Source: Podarcis erhardii (taxonomy: Eukaryota). From it: a stretch of DNA of 64,000 bases. Positions 1-10,700 of the stretch are shown here, piece after piece. How positions within the stretch are numbered: the first letter of the stretch is position 1; every line of letters begins with the position of its first letter. The DNA is taken from the NCBI GenBank assembly GCA_964252035.1, contig OZ176205.1, one strand, 5' to 3'. A program made the position numbers and the translations under genes. Below the pieces are notes generated by a model. That model saw only the letters and a list, made by a program, of their open reading frames with translations, was not told the DNA's origin and did not search any database.

Positions 1-63
1 TTAGCGGAATCTGTAACCTGAAGCATCTGTAATCTGAAGCATCTGTAACCCGAGGTACCACTG
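1..63. mobile_element. Right end of a Tc1/mariner (Tigger-like) MITE, truncated by the window edge
   Basis: Subterminal repeats tgtaacctgaagcatc and terminal TIR gtaacccgaggtaccactg, matching the ends of the copies at 966-1194 and 27336-27576. Confidence 0.8.
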
Positions 64-965
64 CCACTGTATCCCCAATTTGGGCACTTCAGGTTTTCCA
101 ACACATTTTGGTCCTGTGACACATCTACCAGCTCTACTAACACAGATATTTAAATTAAGCTTGAGATTAGTGATCACATTAGCATAAATCCTAAAAAGGC
201 TGGAAACCAGTGGGTAGAGAATTGTACTTAAATCATAGTTCATGTTCTGTCACTGATGTAGACTTACTATATGTCCCTGGGGAACTTCCTGAATTTGTGC
301 CTCAGTTTTCCAGTGATCAAATGGAATATTGATTTATTCACAGGGTTGCAATGGGGCAAAAATAAAGCCCGTAGAACAATTAATATGCTATCTAACGAAG
401 TACTAAAAGAATATATTGTTTCATGCCACCCTAATCTCTGAGCAGTGCAAGATTCCAGGGGTTTCAGGTAAGCACCTGTGTTTCCTTTTTGGAACGAGGC
501 ACAGTGGAGACTGGTATCTTTAGGATATATCGTTTATTTACACATATATACAACCTAAGCCTACAATGGAAGGGTTCACAGTATTGACACTCCATGCAGG
601 TGTTGCTTTCCCATAGCTGCAGCCCTGGACAGACACCAGCCATGGTTCTGACTCTGCAGCTTGCTGACTTTTTTCAGATTGTAAATTTTCCTCCAGCTCA
701 CATCACAGCCAACACTAAAAACCCAATCCTAAACATTACTCTACTTCAAACTCTGGCCTTTGTCTTTCTAACTATCTCAGAGTTGAAGGATGCCCCCCCC
801 CCTCAAAAGCGTCTGGCACAAGGCCTCCTCTCCTTGACCATTACTTTCCCTTTGTTCTTGGTTAATGGTTAGTTTCCTAGGTGACTAACTCACGAGGAGA
901 CTGGCCTGGTTATCATAAAATATAATCTGAATCCAGGAGTTCAGTGCCTTCTATCCAGTGTAATA

Positions 966-1194
966 CAGTGGTACCTCGGGTTAAGAACTTAATTCGTTCT
1001 GGAAGTCTGTTCTTAACCTGAAACTGTTCTTAACCTGAGGTACCACTTTAGCTAATGGGGCCTCCCGCTGCTGCTGCTGCGCTGCCACTGCGCGATTTCT
1101 GTTCTCATCCTGAAGCAAAGTTCTTAACCCGAGGTGCTATTTCTGGGTTAGTGGAGTCTGTAACCTGAAGCGTCTGTAACCCGAGGTACCATTG
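966..1194. mobile_element. Tc1/mariner (Tigger-like) MITE, 229 bp
   Basis: TIRs cagtggtacctcgggtta / taacccgaggtaccattg; TA target duplication at 964-965 and 1195-1196. Confidence 0.9.
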
Positions 1195-1577
1195 TACCGC
1201 AAACATTGATTAAATTCTAACAGTTACTGGATCTAGGAATTTAGGAGAGTATGGTACCCCTGAATTCTCCCATCCACAATTTCTTTTATCTTGTACCACT
1301 CTACCTTGATTATTTACTGGGGAATGACAATACTCTTCCTAACCAAAGTTACTGGGCAATATCACAAACGTTTATGTCATTCCATGCCAACCTTGATCGC
1401 ACAGTTATATTCTCTCCCTGAAATGTATGTTCTGTGGCCAGCTTTTTTATTTCACTCCATAGCCAAAAGGGTACTTAGAGTGGCTTGCAAGTTCACTAGT
1501 AACCCTTGAAACAGCGCATTGACTAGTTTGCGTTCTATGTCTAATAACAACACAAAATAAAAGAACCTGGAGTAGAC

Positions 1578-2118
1578 CTCATAAAACATAAAAGGCTCTG
1601 CTGGATCAGACCAAAGGTCCATCTCGTCTAGCATCTTTTTTCCCCCCAGTGGCACAACCAGATACCTCTGGGAAGCTCACAAGTAGGGCATAAAGACAAC
1701 AGCCCTCTCTTGTCATTGCTCCCCAGCAACCAGCATTCACTGCCTCTGAATATGGAGCTTAAAAAAACCATGATAACTAATAGTCTATGATAGATCTATC
1801 CTGCATGAATTTCTCCAGTTCCCCTTTAAATTCATCCAAACTAGTGCCATCCCCGCATCCTGTAAATTGCATTACTGTAATTAATTATGCATCCAATAGA
1901 AACAGTATTTTCTTTTGTCTATCCTGAATCTATTGATCAATTTCACTAGATGACTATGAGTACTAGTATTATAATTAAACCATATCCACTATCTGAACAC
2001 TATCTTTGTGAAGACCTCTATTTAGTCGTTTAAAAAACAAACACAAAAAAGCACGGAAGTCCCAAACATTTTAGTCTTTCCTCATCCCTGATCATTTTGG
2101 TTGCCCTTTTCTGCCTTC
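1578..2118 (-). mobile_element. CR1 LINE 3' fragment, degraded
   Basis: CR1-like 3' UTR motif (ctgctggatcagaccaaaggtccatc) and RT C-terminal remnant; the reverse complement of ctgatcattttggttgcccttttctg encodes QKRATKMI. Boundaries approximate. Confidence 0.7.
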
Positions 2119-3131
2119 ACATTCAGGGTTTAGGAAATAGCGTTATGAGTGATATGATCTCTTGAAGCACATTTCTCTGGGGCTACTTTCCCCCAACATA
2201 ACATGTCCCTTACGGTGTTTCACACAATTCAGGTGCTATATAAACACAGTACAACCACCATTGCTAGGTTTGGGGGGCAAGGGAAGAGGAACAAGTGGAC
2301 AGCATAAAGGTGCTGCATTAAGATCTTCCTAAGCTCTTTCCTCAGTTCTGTAGGTTTATTGTGCTAGCCAAAGGCCATGACAAAAACATGGGAACACAGG
2401 CAATTTCAAATACAAAATATAAATCAAGGCATCTGCTAAAACAAACAGAACCATCAATTCCTAGCAAGACTATAATCAGGGAGCACTCCGCTACTACACA
2501 AAGTGTATTCAGATTTAGACCTCTGAATCCCCATTAGGGTTCACAGCTATTTTGTCCAGTTCTTTCTTCCTAATCTTCCTTGCCGCCAACACAAAAAGGG
2601 CCACTTTATGAGTCACTAATGCATTGCAGTCACTCAGTAACCAGTGAACCCACTCCATCAGGGGAAGACTGCTTCCTTGAACAAACAAGGATTTTAGAAA
2701 GTGACTCCTTGGGTCTGTGTGTAAGGGGCAATATAACAAAAAATGAATTGTGATTACCCGCATATACATAGTCTATCTGCGTATGGAATATTGTGGTAAT
2801 GACTATCCAACATTTGAAACTGCAACTCAATAAAGGCAGATCTTAATGGTACAGGCAGAAATATAGGCAAGGAACTGGCTCTGAAATGCTTTGTTTTCAG
2901 CAGAGGGAAATACGGGAAACATTTAGATTATTTAATCACTTGTAGGTCCCTTCTGGATTCTATCCAGTAGAACCAATCCCTTAGTTGGTGCTTATTCCAT
3001 CTTCAGAATTTCATTCAGCTCCTGAAAACAAGAATCAAGACTACATTGACTGTTTAATTTCCCCCCGTGTGTGTTCCCAGTTCTATATAATGCTCATTGT
3101 GTAAGAATGCAATTCTTTTCAGGCTTTAACA

Positions 3132-3223
3132 CAGGTGTGGGGAACCTTTGGCCATTGTCCATGCTTGTTGGGGCCAACAGTTATAGTTCAGCAACATCTA
3201 GAGGGATGTGTCCTGCACCCCTG
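3132..3223. mobile_element. Degenerate, internally deleted hAT-type MITE
   Basis: Starts caggtgtggggaacc and ends gcacccctg; imperfect 8-bp flanks ctttaaca / ctttaatt. Confidence 0.4.
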
Positions 3224-6212
3224 CTTTAATTGCTGCTCCAATACCTTCCAAAGTTTCTGGACCACCCTGCTTCTTACGACTGAATGCCTCTCCCACACCA
3301 GTACAAGGCTTTTTCCTCAGCTTTATAACAACAAATTGATATAACAGGCAAATGAGGAAACATGAAATGAATTTTCTTAAATGGGGTTCTGTTGCAGACA
3401 CAATGTGAAGTTGCTCTCTTCCAAAGTAATCCAAGCTGCATCAGCCTATTTTCCAAAGCAGAGTCGAAATTCAGTGCACAAACCTAGCATTTACTGCACC
3501 AGGTGTAGAGTACCATTCCCATTTACACAGACATACATGTCAGTTTTGTACTATAATTTATCTTTTTAAATTCTGACAAAGATATTGTGTATATAGGCAA
3601 TCTGTACAACTAAACAGTTCTGTAAGGACTTTTAGCTGTGCAATGAAATTTCCCTTCTACTCTCCTGCAAAACCTCTAAGACTATTCTGGGGATACCCTC
3701 AAACCTTCAGGAGATTGAAGAGTGAAGTTCCATTGGGTAGCTAAAAGTCCTTGTGAACTGTTTAGTCGGATGCCACCTTGAAAAATTATTTACCTAATTA
3801 CATATGTACTGGTGTTGAAAAATATGACTGATCAATGAGAGGACATCAAATATCAGCTTCTAAACTGATCCATCTGCAATGAAAATTATGATTCTCATGT
3901 ACTCCACTGAAGCATACCTAGAGACAAAATACTGGGCAGAAAAACTGAATATGGACTTTCCTCATCTTAAGTGTACAAACAATTCTCTTCCTACATTGCT
4001 GATAAATGGCTGCTTTATTATCTATGCAAGTCAAAATAGTTCAAATGCAAAGGAGAAACAATGCAACTGTTAGATGAGCAAATGAAGCTTAGCTGCTGTT
4101 ATGAAAAAGCTTAATAGTTTAATCAAAGGGCACTCTGATGCTATAAAAAAAGGAATCCTGACCCTTTTGCTATTTTGACTTAGAACCACTAGAGAGCAGC
4201 AAGTCATACTTTCCTCCTTTACTCCCAAAAATCTATGCTACAACAGCTGGAGAAATTCCTTCTACAAAGAAAAAAGGATTTTTATCAGGGAGGGAAACCG
4301 GGACCTAAAGCCAACATCTCCATCAGCATACTTAAGCAGCCATTTAGAGCCCTTACTTCTGGGCTCAGGTGGTAGAACCTACACAAAGGCCACCACTAAA
4401 AGCCAAAGATTATTGCAAGCTACTAATCTATTTTAGTCAATTTCACAGATGACACACCTGGGGTGATGGGGTGGCGAGGAGAGTAGCAACACAATGTTAT
4501 TTTTTTCAGAAGTCCTCTTTGTGTTGTTAACTCCTCAGGGAAACACTTGGCACCATCATTGTCAGTTTTTAGGAACCCAGCTGAGACATTTTTATCTCCA
4601 TAGGCTTTTGAGTTTTTGATAATACTTGTGTATGAATTTAGCCTCCACCGTAGTGCTCATCTTTTAGTTAGGTAAACAAGACTTATCCTTTTTATTGTAT
4701 TTGTGAATGAGAACTTTAGGGGGGTTTCTTTTTGCACCTTCTTTTTATTTTTATATTATATATTGATATTTTATATTCTTGTTAAGTTCCTTTGAGACGC
4801 CTTTTTTTATAAAACAACAAACTAATGGAATAACTAAACAACAACAACAACCTTTGCAGTAATTAGTTTAATTGCTGCTTATGTAGTGTTTTGTTTTTAT
4901 CAGTGCTGCTTTCAGTTTTAGTCAGTCTAGAAGATAGCCTGCTGCTATTTGATTTGTTTTTTGTTTTTATTCACTGTGATATTTTCAAGATTTTTTATTG
5001 CTATCCTTTGGAAAATGAAAAGTGGAATATAAATGTTTAAATTTAAACAAGCTCACTCAAGCTGTGGGAAGCTCGCAGAAGTTCAAGTGAAAGCAACTGT
5101 CAGTGCAAACAGCACAGACCACCATAGGCTCGATAATAACAAATAAGTAGGACGCACCCATTATGTATCATATAAAATGATCCAACCCAAATATCTCTGC
5201 AACACAGCACAATTTGTCCTATAATACAATTTAGCAAGATCTTCATAAGTTATCTTATTCTGTCCTCACAACAACCCTGTGAGGTAGGTTAGACAAAAAT
5301 GTTGTGACTGACCCAAAGTTACACAGAGATTTTCACAGTTGAGGCTACAATCCTACACACATTTGTCTTAGTAACTTCAACAGGACTTAACTCCTATTTC
5401 AGGGCAAAAATGAACTGGTTTGCTCTGTAAGCACATGAACTAAAGTCCATCTGGTTGAAGTCCAAATCTGACATCCAGTGTATCAGAAAGAATAAGACAT
5501 TAAAACACAACACCATGATGCCCATTTTGTATTATTCAGCATAAATGCATCTGCAAACATTAGAAAGCCCTGTTTTTAATTAAAGGCTACAGAGTGATTC
5601 CTGGAATTAGATTTCAGTCTCTTTTTCTATAGGTGTACAAACAGCTCAGTTCTTCCACTCTGTGACAATATTGTGGGAAAGCAGCAGTAAAATGAATTGC
5701 ATTCAACAAAGGTGGCAATATAGGGTTTTTGTTATTAACAGATAAAGTATGAATGTACTACCTGTAAAATCTATTTGAGAGAAGCCTTAAAATCTCCTAA
5801 TACCACATCTGCAGCTAGGGCAACTGAGGGACTATTTATATTTAAGGCTTTAAAACCCTTATTCTTCAGGAGTCTCACTAAAGGTTTAGATCTAGTTGCC
5901 TATTATTTCTGAGTCAACTAGCTTGTTATCATCTTAAACACTTTAGCACATATCAAACAGCAACATGTTTTCCTCTCCAGTTATTTCCCCCAGTACACAG
6001 TTATGAACTGGGGGCAAAATACCCTGAGCTATTGACCCATTGATAGGGGAGACACATGGAAACTGACACCAAGATAGGTAAATCCACCCATTTGAAACAT
6101 AGTACGGTAATTAGCTACAGCAGCTCAGCTAGAACTTCAGTCAATAACCTTCACTGTTTTAAGCATTTCTACAATGGACACATGATCAAGTTAATGTAAA
6201 ATTGATTAGATA

Positions 6213-6457
6213 CAGTGGTGCCTCGCAAGACGAAATTAATCCGTTCCGCGAGTCTCTTCGTCTTGCGGTTTGTTCGTCTTGCGAAGCACGGCTATTAGCG
6301 GCTTAGCGGCTATTAACGGCTTAGCGGCTTTAAGAAAAAGGAAAAACTCGCAAGCTCATAGGGAAATTCGTCTTGCAGAACGACTCAAAAAACGGAAAAC
6401 TCTTTCGTCTTGCGCATTTTTCGTCTTGCGAGGCATTCGTCTTGCGAGGTACCACTG
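6213..6457. mobile_element. Tc1/mariner (Tigger-like) MITE, 245 bp
   Basis: TIRs cagtggtgcctcgcaagacg / cgtcttgcgaggtaccactg; TA TSD on both sides; internal ttagcggc and cgtcttgcg repeats. Sister copy at 45440-45732. Confidence 0.9.
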
Positions 6458-7109
6458 TACTAGAAAACTTTCTAGCCACCTCTGTACTCACAAGACAAGA
6501 CAGCAAAGAATGTTTCACCACCCCACCTCCGTACTGTTACCAAAGTTATAGCAAGTTTTCCTGGATCAATATGGAATAAAAGAGTGTGATTTCATAAATG
6601 CAGAAGACAGATCCAGAAAAGAGATAGGCACAACTTTAGACATGTCCTTTTAATTCTGTGTTATAGTCTATAGCTTAGTTGATAACATGAAGTCACTAGC
6701 CTGGCTTTAACTCACAAGAAGCCTCCTATCCTCAGCTAAAAAGTACTTGGTCACAAGGCAAGTATAAGAGAGAGAAAAGCAGCCCAGAGATGGTGGTGGG
6801 TCAACTAACTGCAGAGTTGTATACAGCAGCACAGAAAGGAACTGATTTTGCTTCACAAGGTGAAACCTTGAAGAGGTGGAAGAAGTTAATGGAAAGATGA
6901 AATGAACATCGGCAGGGTTCTGCATTTAAATTCTACATACATCAAAACACAAAATTTAATATCAGCCAGAGGTACATTTGAGAGCCAGTGCTTACTAAAA
7001 TCTGAGAAACCAAACAGGAAGCTATGTAAGATTTCAAACAGTTAGGGACGGGCTTCAGCAACCAGTACAGGTCCTTGCTCCCCATGATCAGGAGAAGCAG
7101 GATAAAATA

Positions 7110-7375
7110 CAGCAGACCCTTGGGTTACGTTATCTTCAGGTAACGTAACTTTTGGGTTGCGAATGCGGCAAACCCGGAAGTGTATACTTCCGGATTTCAC
7201 TGCGCGTGCATGCACAAAAACGCTCTACGCACCTCATGCATGCGCAGAAGTGCTCTGCACACTGCACACAGAAGTGCTCTATCGCACTGTGTGTGTGCGC
7301 AGAAGCGGCGCCTCATGTTGCGGACTTTTCGGGGTACATAAGGACGAATTAAGTTCGTATCCAGAGGGTCCACTG
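7110..7375. mobile_element. Tigger-like MITE, 266 bp, CpG-rich
   Basis: Imperfect TIRs cagcagacccttgggttacg / cgtatccagagggtccactg with TA on both sides; internal degenerate tandem gcgcagaagtgctct repeats. Confidence 0.75.
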
Positions 7376-7772
7376 TATACACTGTATATCAAATGAGTGT
7401 ATGCAAATGTGTATACTTAAATAAAAGTTGCAGAATTTCGTTTTTCTTAGCTCGAAAGTGTGCATGTTTAAATGCACAGATAACACACAGCCTATTAGAG
7501 TACTTTCCAAAGCCCATGAGCCAAAATCAAGAAGAATGAAGATATTGCAAAATGCATCAGTGTGGGTTTGCTCATATTTATCCTACAGTCCCACTCTCTG
7601 CTACTCAGCTATATGACAATTTCAGACATTCAGATTCTGAGAAATACTTTGGCTTGCATTAGTAAGAGGCAGCAACAGAATTTTATCAAAAGCAATGATG
7701 AACGGTTTAGAGTATAATATTAGTGGGAGAACAGGCAGATACTAATACCTTCACAACAGCCACCAAGTGAGC

Positions 7773-10300
7773 CTATGTGCTCCCAATGCAATTATACATA
7801 AAGGAGGCGCAATGAGTTGTGTATAAGGTGGGATATGCTCGCAGGTGGCTGACATGATCAGTGTCCACAAAGTCCACAGCCTTAACAAGGACCTGATGCT
7901 GCTTCCGAGCCTCTATCATATTCTCCACATCACTTGCTTGAATAACAGAATCCGCCTTGGAGTAGAGGTATAGCTCAGGCCATCTAGAGAGTTGCTTCAA
8001 CATGGCATCATAGTGGCTCTCATGTACAAAACGGGTCACAGGATACAGTACCATCCGCCATGTCACCACCAGAACTGCAAATGTCAGTAAAAGGGCATAC
8101 TTAACACATACATTGTATGACGATAGGACAACTGAGAGGGCACCAAGCGCACCCCGCAGATTCTTCCTGCCAGGAGCACTGTCAAACACAGTACCCACCA
8201 CCCTTAGATGCTGGAACTGCTGGTGAGTGTGAAGAAGCTCCACAATGTAGCGGTACAGCATGACACCTCCATTGCTGAAGACATGAAAGAGCAGGGGCTT
8301 CGTCTCTACTTTGTAGTCAAAGAGGAGCTCCAGCAGCTTCTTTGCCAAGTTCTGCAAGGAATTTATACCCAAGGATTCTGAAAAGAAAACCAATCTCCAA
8401 GGAGCCGTATAGCGGATCACTACACATCCCTGTGAGGAATACACAAGTTTTAGTGTGTGCCATACAGTAAAAAGAACAAGAATTGGACAAGGTGTGCCAA
8501 GAGAAATATTCATATACTGCATATTTGAGAATTGCTCTCAATTTTCACTTCAGGAAATGGAAACATCTTAAAAGCAATACTCCTATATAGACTAGCAATT
8601 AGGTACATGTTAGGTTATCGCAAAGGGTGAGTCCTGAGGAATGAGTAACAAACTAAATTACCTGCAGTGGACTACAGTGATGGGCAAATGAAGCTCTTTC
8701 ATTTCAAGTCAGTGACTCATCCAAAAAAACCTTAACTCCAGTCACAAATCCCATACTTGTCAGCTGACATGCTTATAGCGTGTTTTATACCAGTGTTTGA
8801 GCAAGAGAGTGGAAAGGAATCCATTATGGCCAAAATGGCTATAACAGCAGGGGGAGAGAGACAACTGCTCAGTCTCCCTGCCTTTAACATGGAAACCACA
8901 TTTCAGTCTAAAACATCTATTATCAGAAAGAAATAAAGTGAACATCAGACAGGACCTGTTAATTTTCAGAATCTTTGAAGAGCTAGGCAATAAATACAAA
9001 ATAGTAGGCTTTTGAATGTCCCCTAGAATACATTTTAAAGAGGATGCCAAGCAAACTTCTTAAGCTAAAGTTGCTACCAAAACCAAACACTTCAAATATT
9101 CCCAAGCTTTCTGTTAACATAAAAGAGTTGAAAAAGATTTCAATCAGGCCATATAGAAAATTCAACTTTGAAATCAGTCAAGCTACTCTCTGCGACTTAT
9201 TATGCATGTATGTAATTTGTATACCACCCTTCATCTGAAGATCGCAGGGCAGTTCACAACAGAAAAATACAAAATACACAATAAAACAACAACAACCCAA
9301 TAATCCCCCCTCCTATAACACACATTTTAAAAGCCATAGAATGTTAATCAGCCAAACGCCTGGTTGAAGAGAAACATTTTCACTTGGCACTAGAGTCTAC
9401 TCTATGCAAGTCCTGGGAATGATCAGGTCAGGAAATTCTCACCCTAGAATTTTCACTTTTTGAGTAATAATAATAATTAATAATAATAATAATTTATTAT
9501 TTGTACCCCGCCCATCTGGCTGGGTTTCCCCAGCCACTCTGGGCGGCTTCCATAAAGAGTAGTTCTTTTATACACAATGTTCAGGTGAGCCACATGCCAC
9601 CCAAAGTACAAACCATCCAAGTGTTCTTGATGTATCTCTGGATTGGCCACGAATTGTTCTTTCTCTGAAGAACACTGCAATAACTGCAGTCAAGTAAGTT
9701 CACTACTCACCTCCTGAAGGTAGATGGTGCTGTATTTCTGCAGGTACCTATCCTTGCAGCCAGCCCACCCAAGCAGTATCACCACGGGCAGATTGCCTTT
9801 ACTTCTCTTTGCAGCACCGGACTCTGAAAAAAAGAAAAGAAGATTCAATGTCTGTCTTAGTCTTAACGAAAGGACTACTGTGCCCCCAGACACGCAAACT
9901 TTTGGGAGCTGCAGCCGCCTCCGCAGAACATCCCTGCACTTGTCAGGAGATTCCTGGGTAAGATGTGCGCGTGCGCGCCGATTATTTGCGATTAATTCAT
10001 ACTTCCAAAGGCGAAGCACCTCGGCAATGGAAGCAGATTTCGCGGCCAAGCCAAAGGGAACGCTGCCTAAAATCAAACTCTTAAAAAAAACAAAAAAGAA
10101 CCCGACCCCACGAAGACAGCCCTCGCCTATTTCCAGTTTCCACCTTCAGCACGTCGGTCGGACCTTCCTTTCCCTCTCCAGCGGCCGCTCCGCGAGTGCC
10201 GCACCAGCGAAACCTCCCAAACCCTCGCACACTCACCAGCATTTCTCTCCCGCGGCGTCGGGGGCAGCTCCACTACGCACCCCAACTCCTTGGACCCCAT
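7773..10300 (-). CDS. TMEM53: Transmembrane protein 53 (DUF829 alpha/beta-hydrolase-like), 277 aa. Coding exons: 10300-10237, 9823-9711, 8429-7773
   Basis: Spliced frame [14 protein letters not shown]...[34 protein letters not shown]...FHVFSNGG...FDSAPG...LYLYSKAD...HVSHLR. GT-AG introns with consistent phases (64+113+657=834 nt); same length as human TMEM53. Confidence 0.96.
9465..9554 (-). mobile_element. L2 LINE 3' terminal fragment with (AAT)n tail
   Basis: The reverse complement is identical over about 63 nt to the 3' end of the L2 at 26440-27303. Confidence 0.85.
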
Positions 10301-10700
10301 CCCTACGGCGGCTACCTCAGAACTGCCGCTTCCGCCTCAGCTCACCGGAAATACCCGCCCTCTTCGAGTCGCCTGACGAATCAGGAGGAGCAGGCGAGAG
10401 CGCGCGCGGCCGCTCCGTGAACCCCCCACTTCGCCGGTAACCGGAATGCTGCTTAGCAACGCAGCGGCCTTAGCAACCGAGCGGCCACCCCTTTGCATAT
10501 ACAGTATAAACACACACACTGCCCGTTTTCGTCAAAAACAAAACAAAACCGAGCTGGGCTTCCTCGTTGACAGGTTTGCCAGAGGGTCCCCGCTGGAAGT
10601 TTTGAAGCAGCCCAGGAAAGAAGGAGCAGTGGAGGCTAGGGCAGTCTGTATATGGCAAGAGCAGAACGAGGGGTGTGTAGGGAATTGCGAAGGCTTCGAG
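9900..10700. promoter_or_regulatory. CpG island / bidirectional TMEM53-ARMH1 promoter
   Basis: High CpG density around TMEM53 exon 1; ETS-like ccggaa motifs; NRF1-like gtgcgcgtgcgcg near 9965; divergent gene orientation. TSSs not determined. Confidence 0.8.
10448..10477 (+). promoter_or_regulatory. Two tandem RFX X-box-like motifs
   Basis: gctgcttagcaac (10448-10460) and gcggccttagcaac (10464-10477); both have the strong TAGCAAC half-site and a degenerate left half. Confidence 0.55.

Noticed and set aside
1-7700. Expected RNF220 3' exons (the human neighbour of TMEM53)
   Set aside because: No RING-finger coding exon was found on either strand in this interval.
7773-8522. 249-aa ORF read as a complete single-exon gene
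   Set aside because: The first 31 codons are intronic; the real exon starts at the acceptor at 8429 and is spliced to upstream exons.
9724-10440. 238-aa plus-strand ORF
   Set aside because: Antisense shadow of TMEM53 exons 1-2 across a GC-rich CpG island; low-complexity P/S/R-rich with no recognisable domain.
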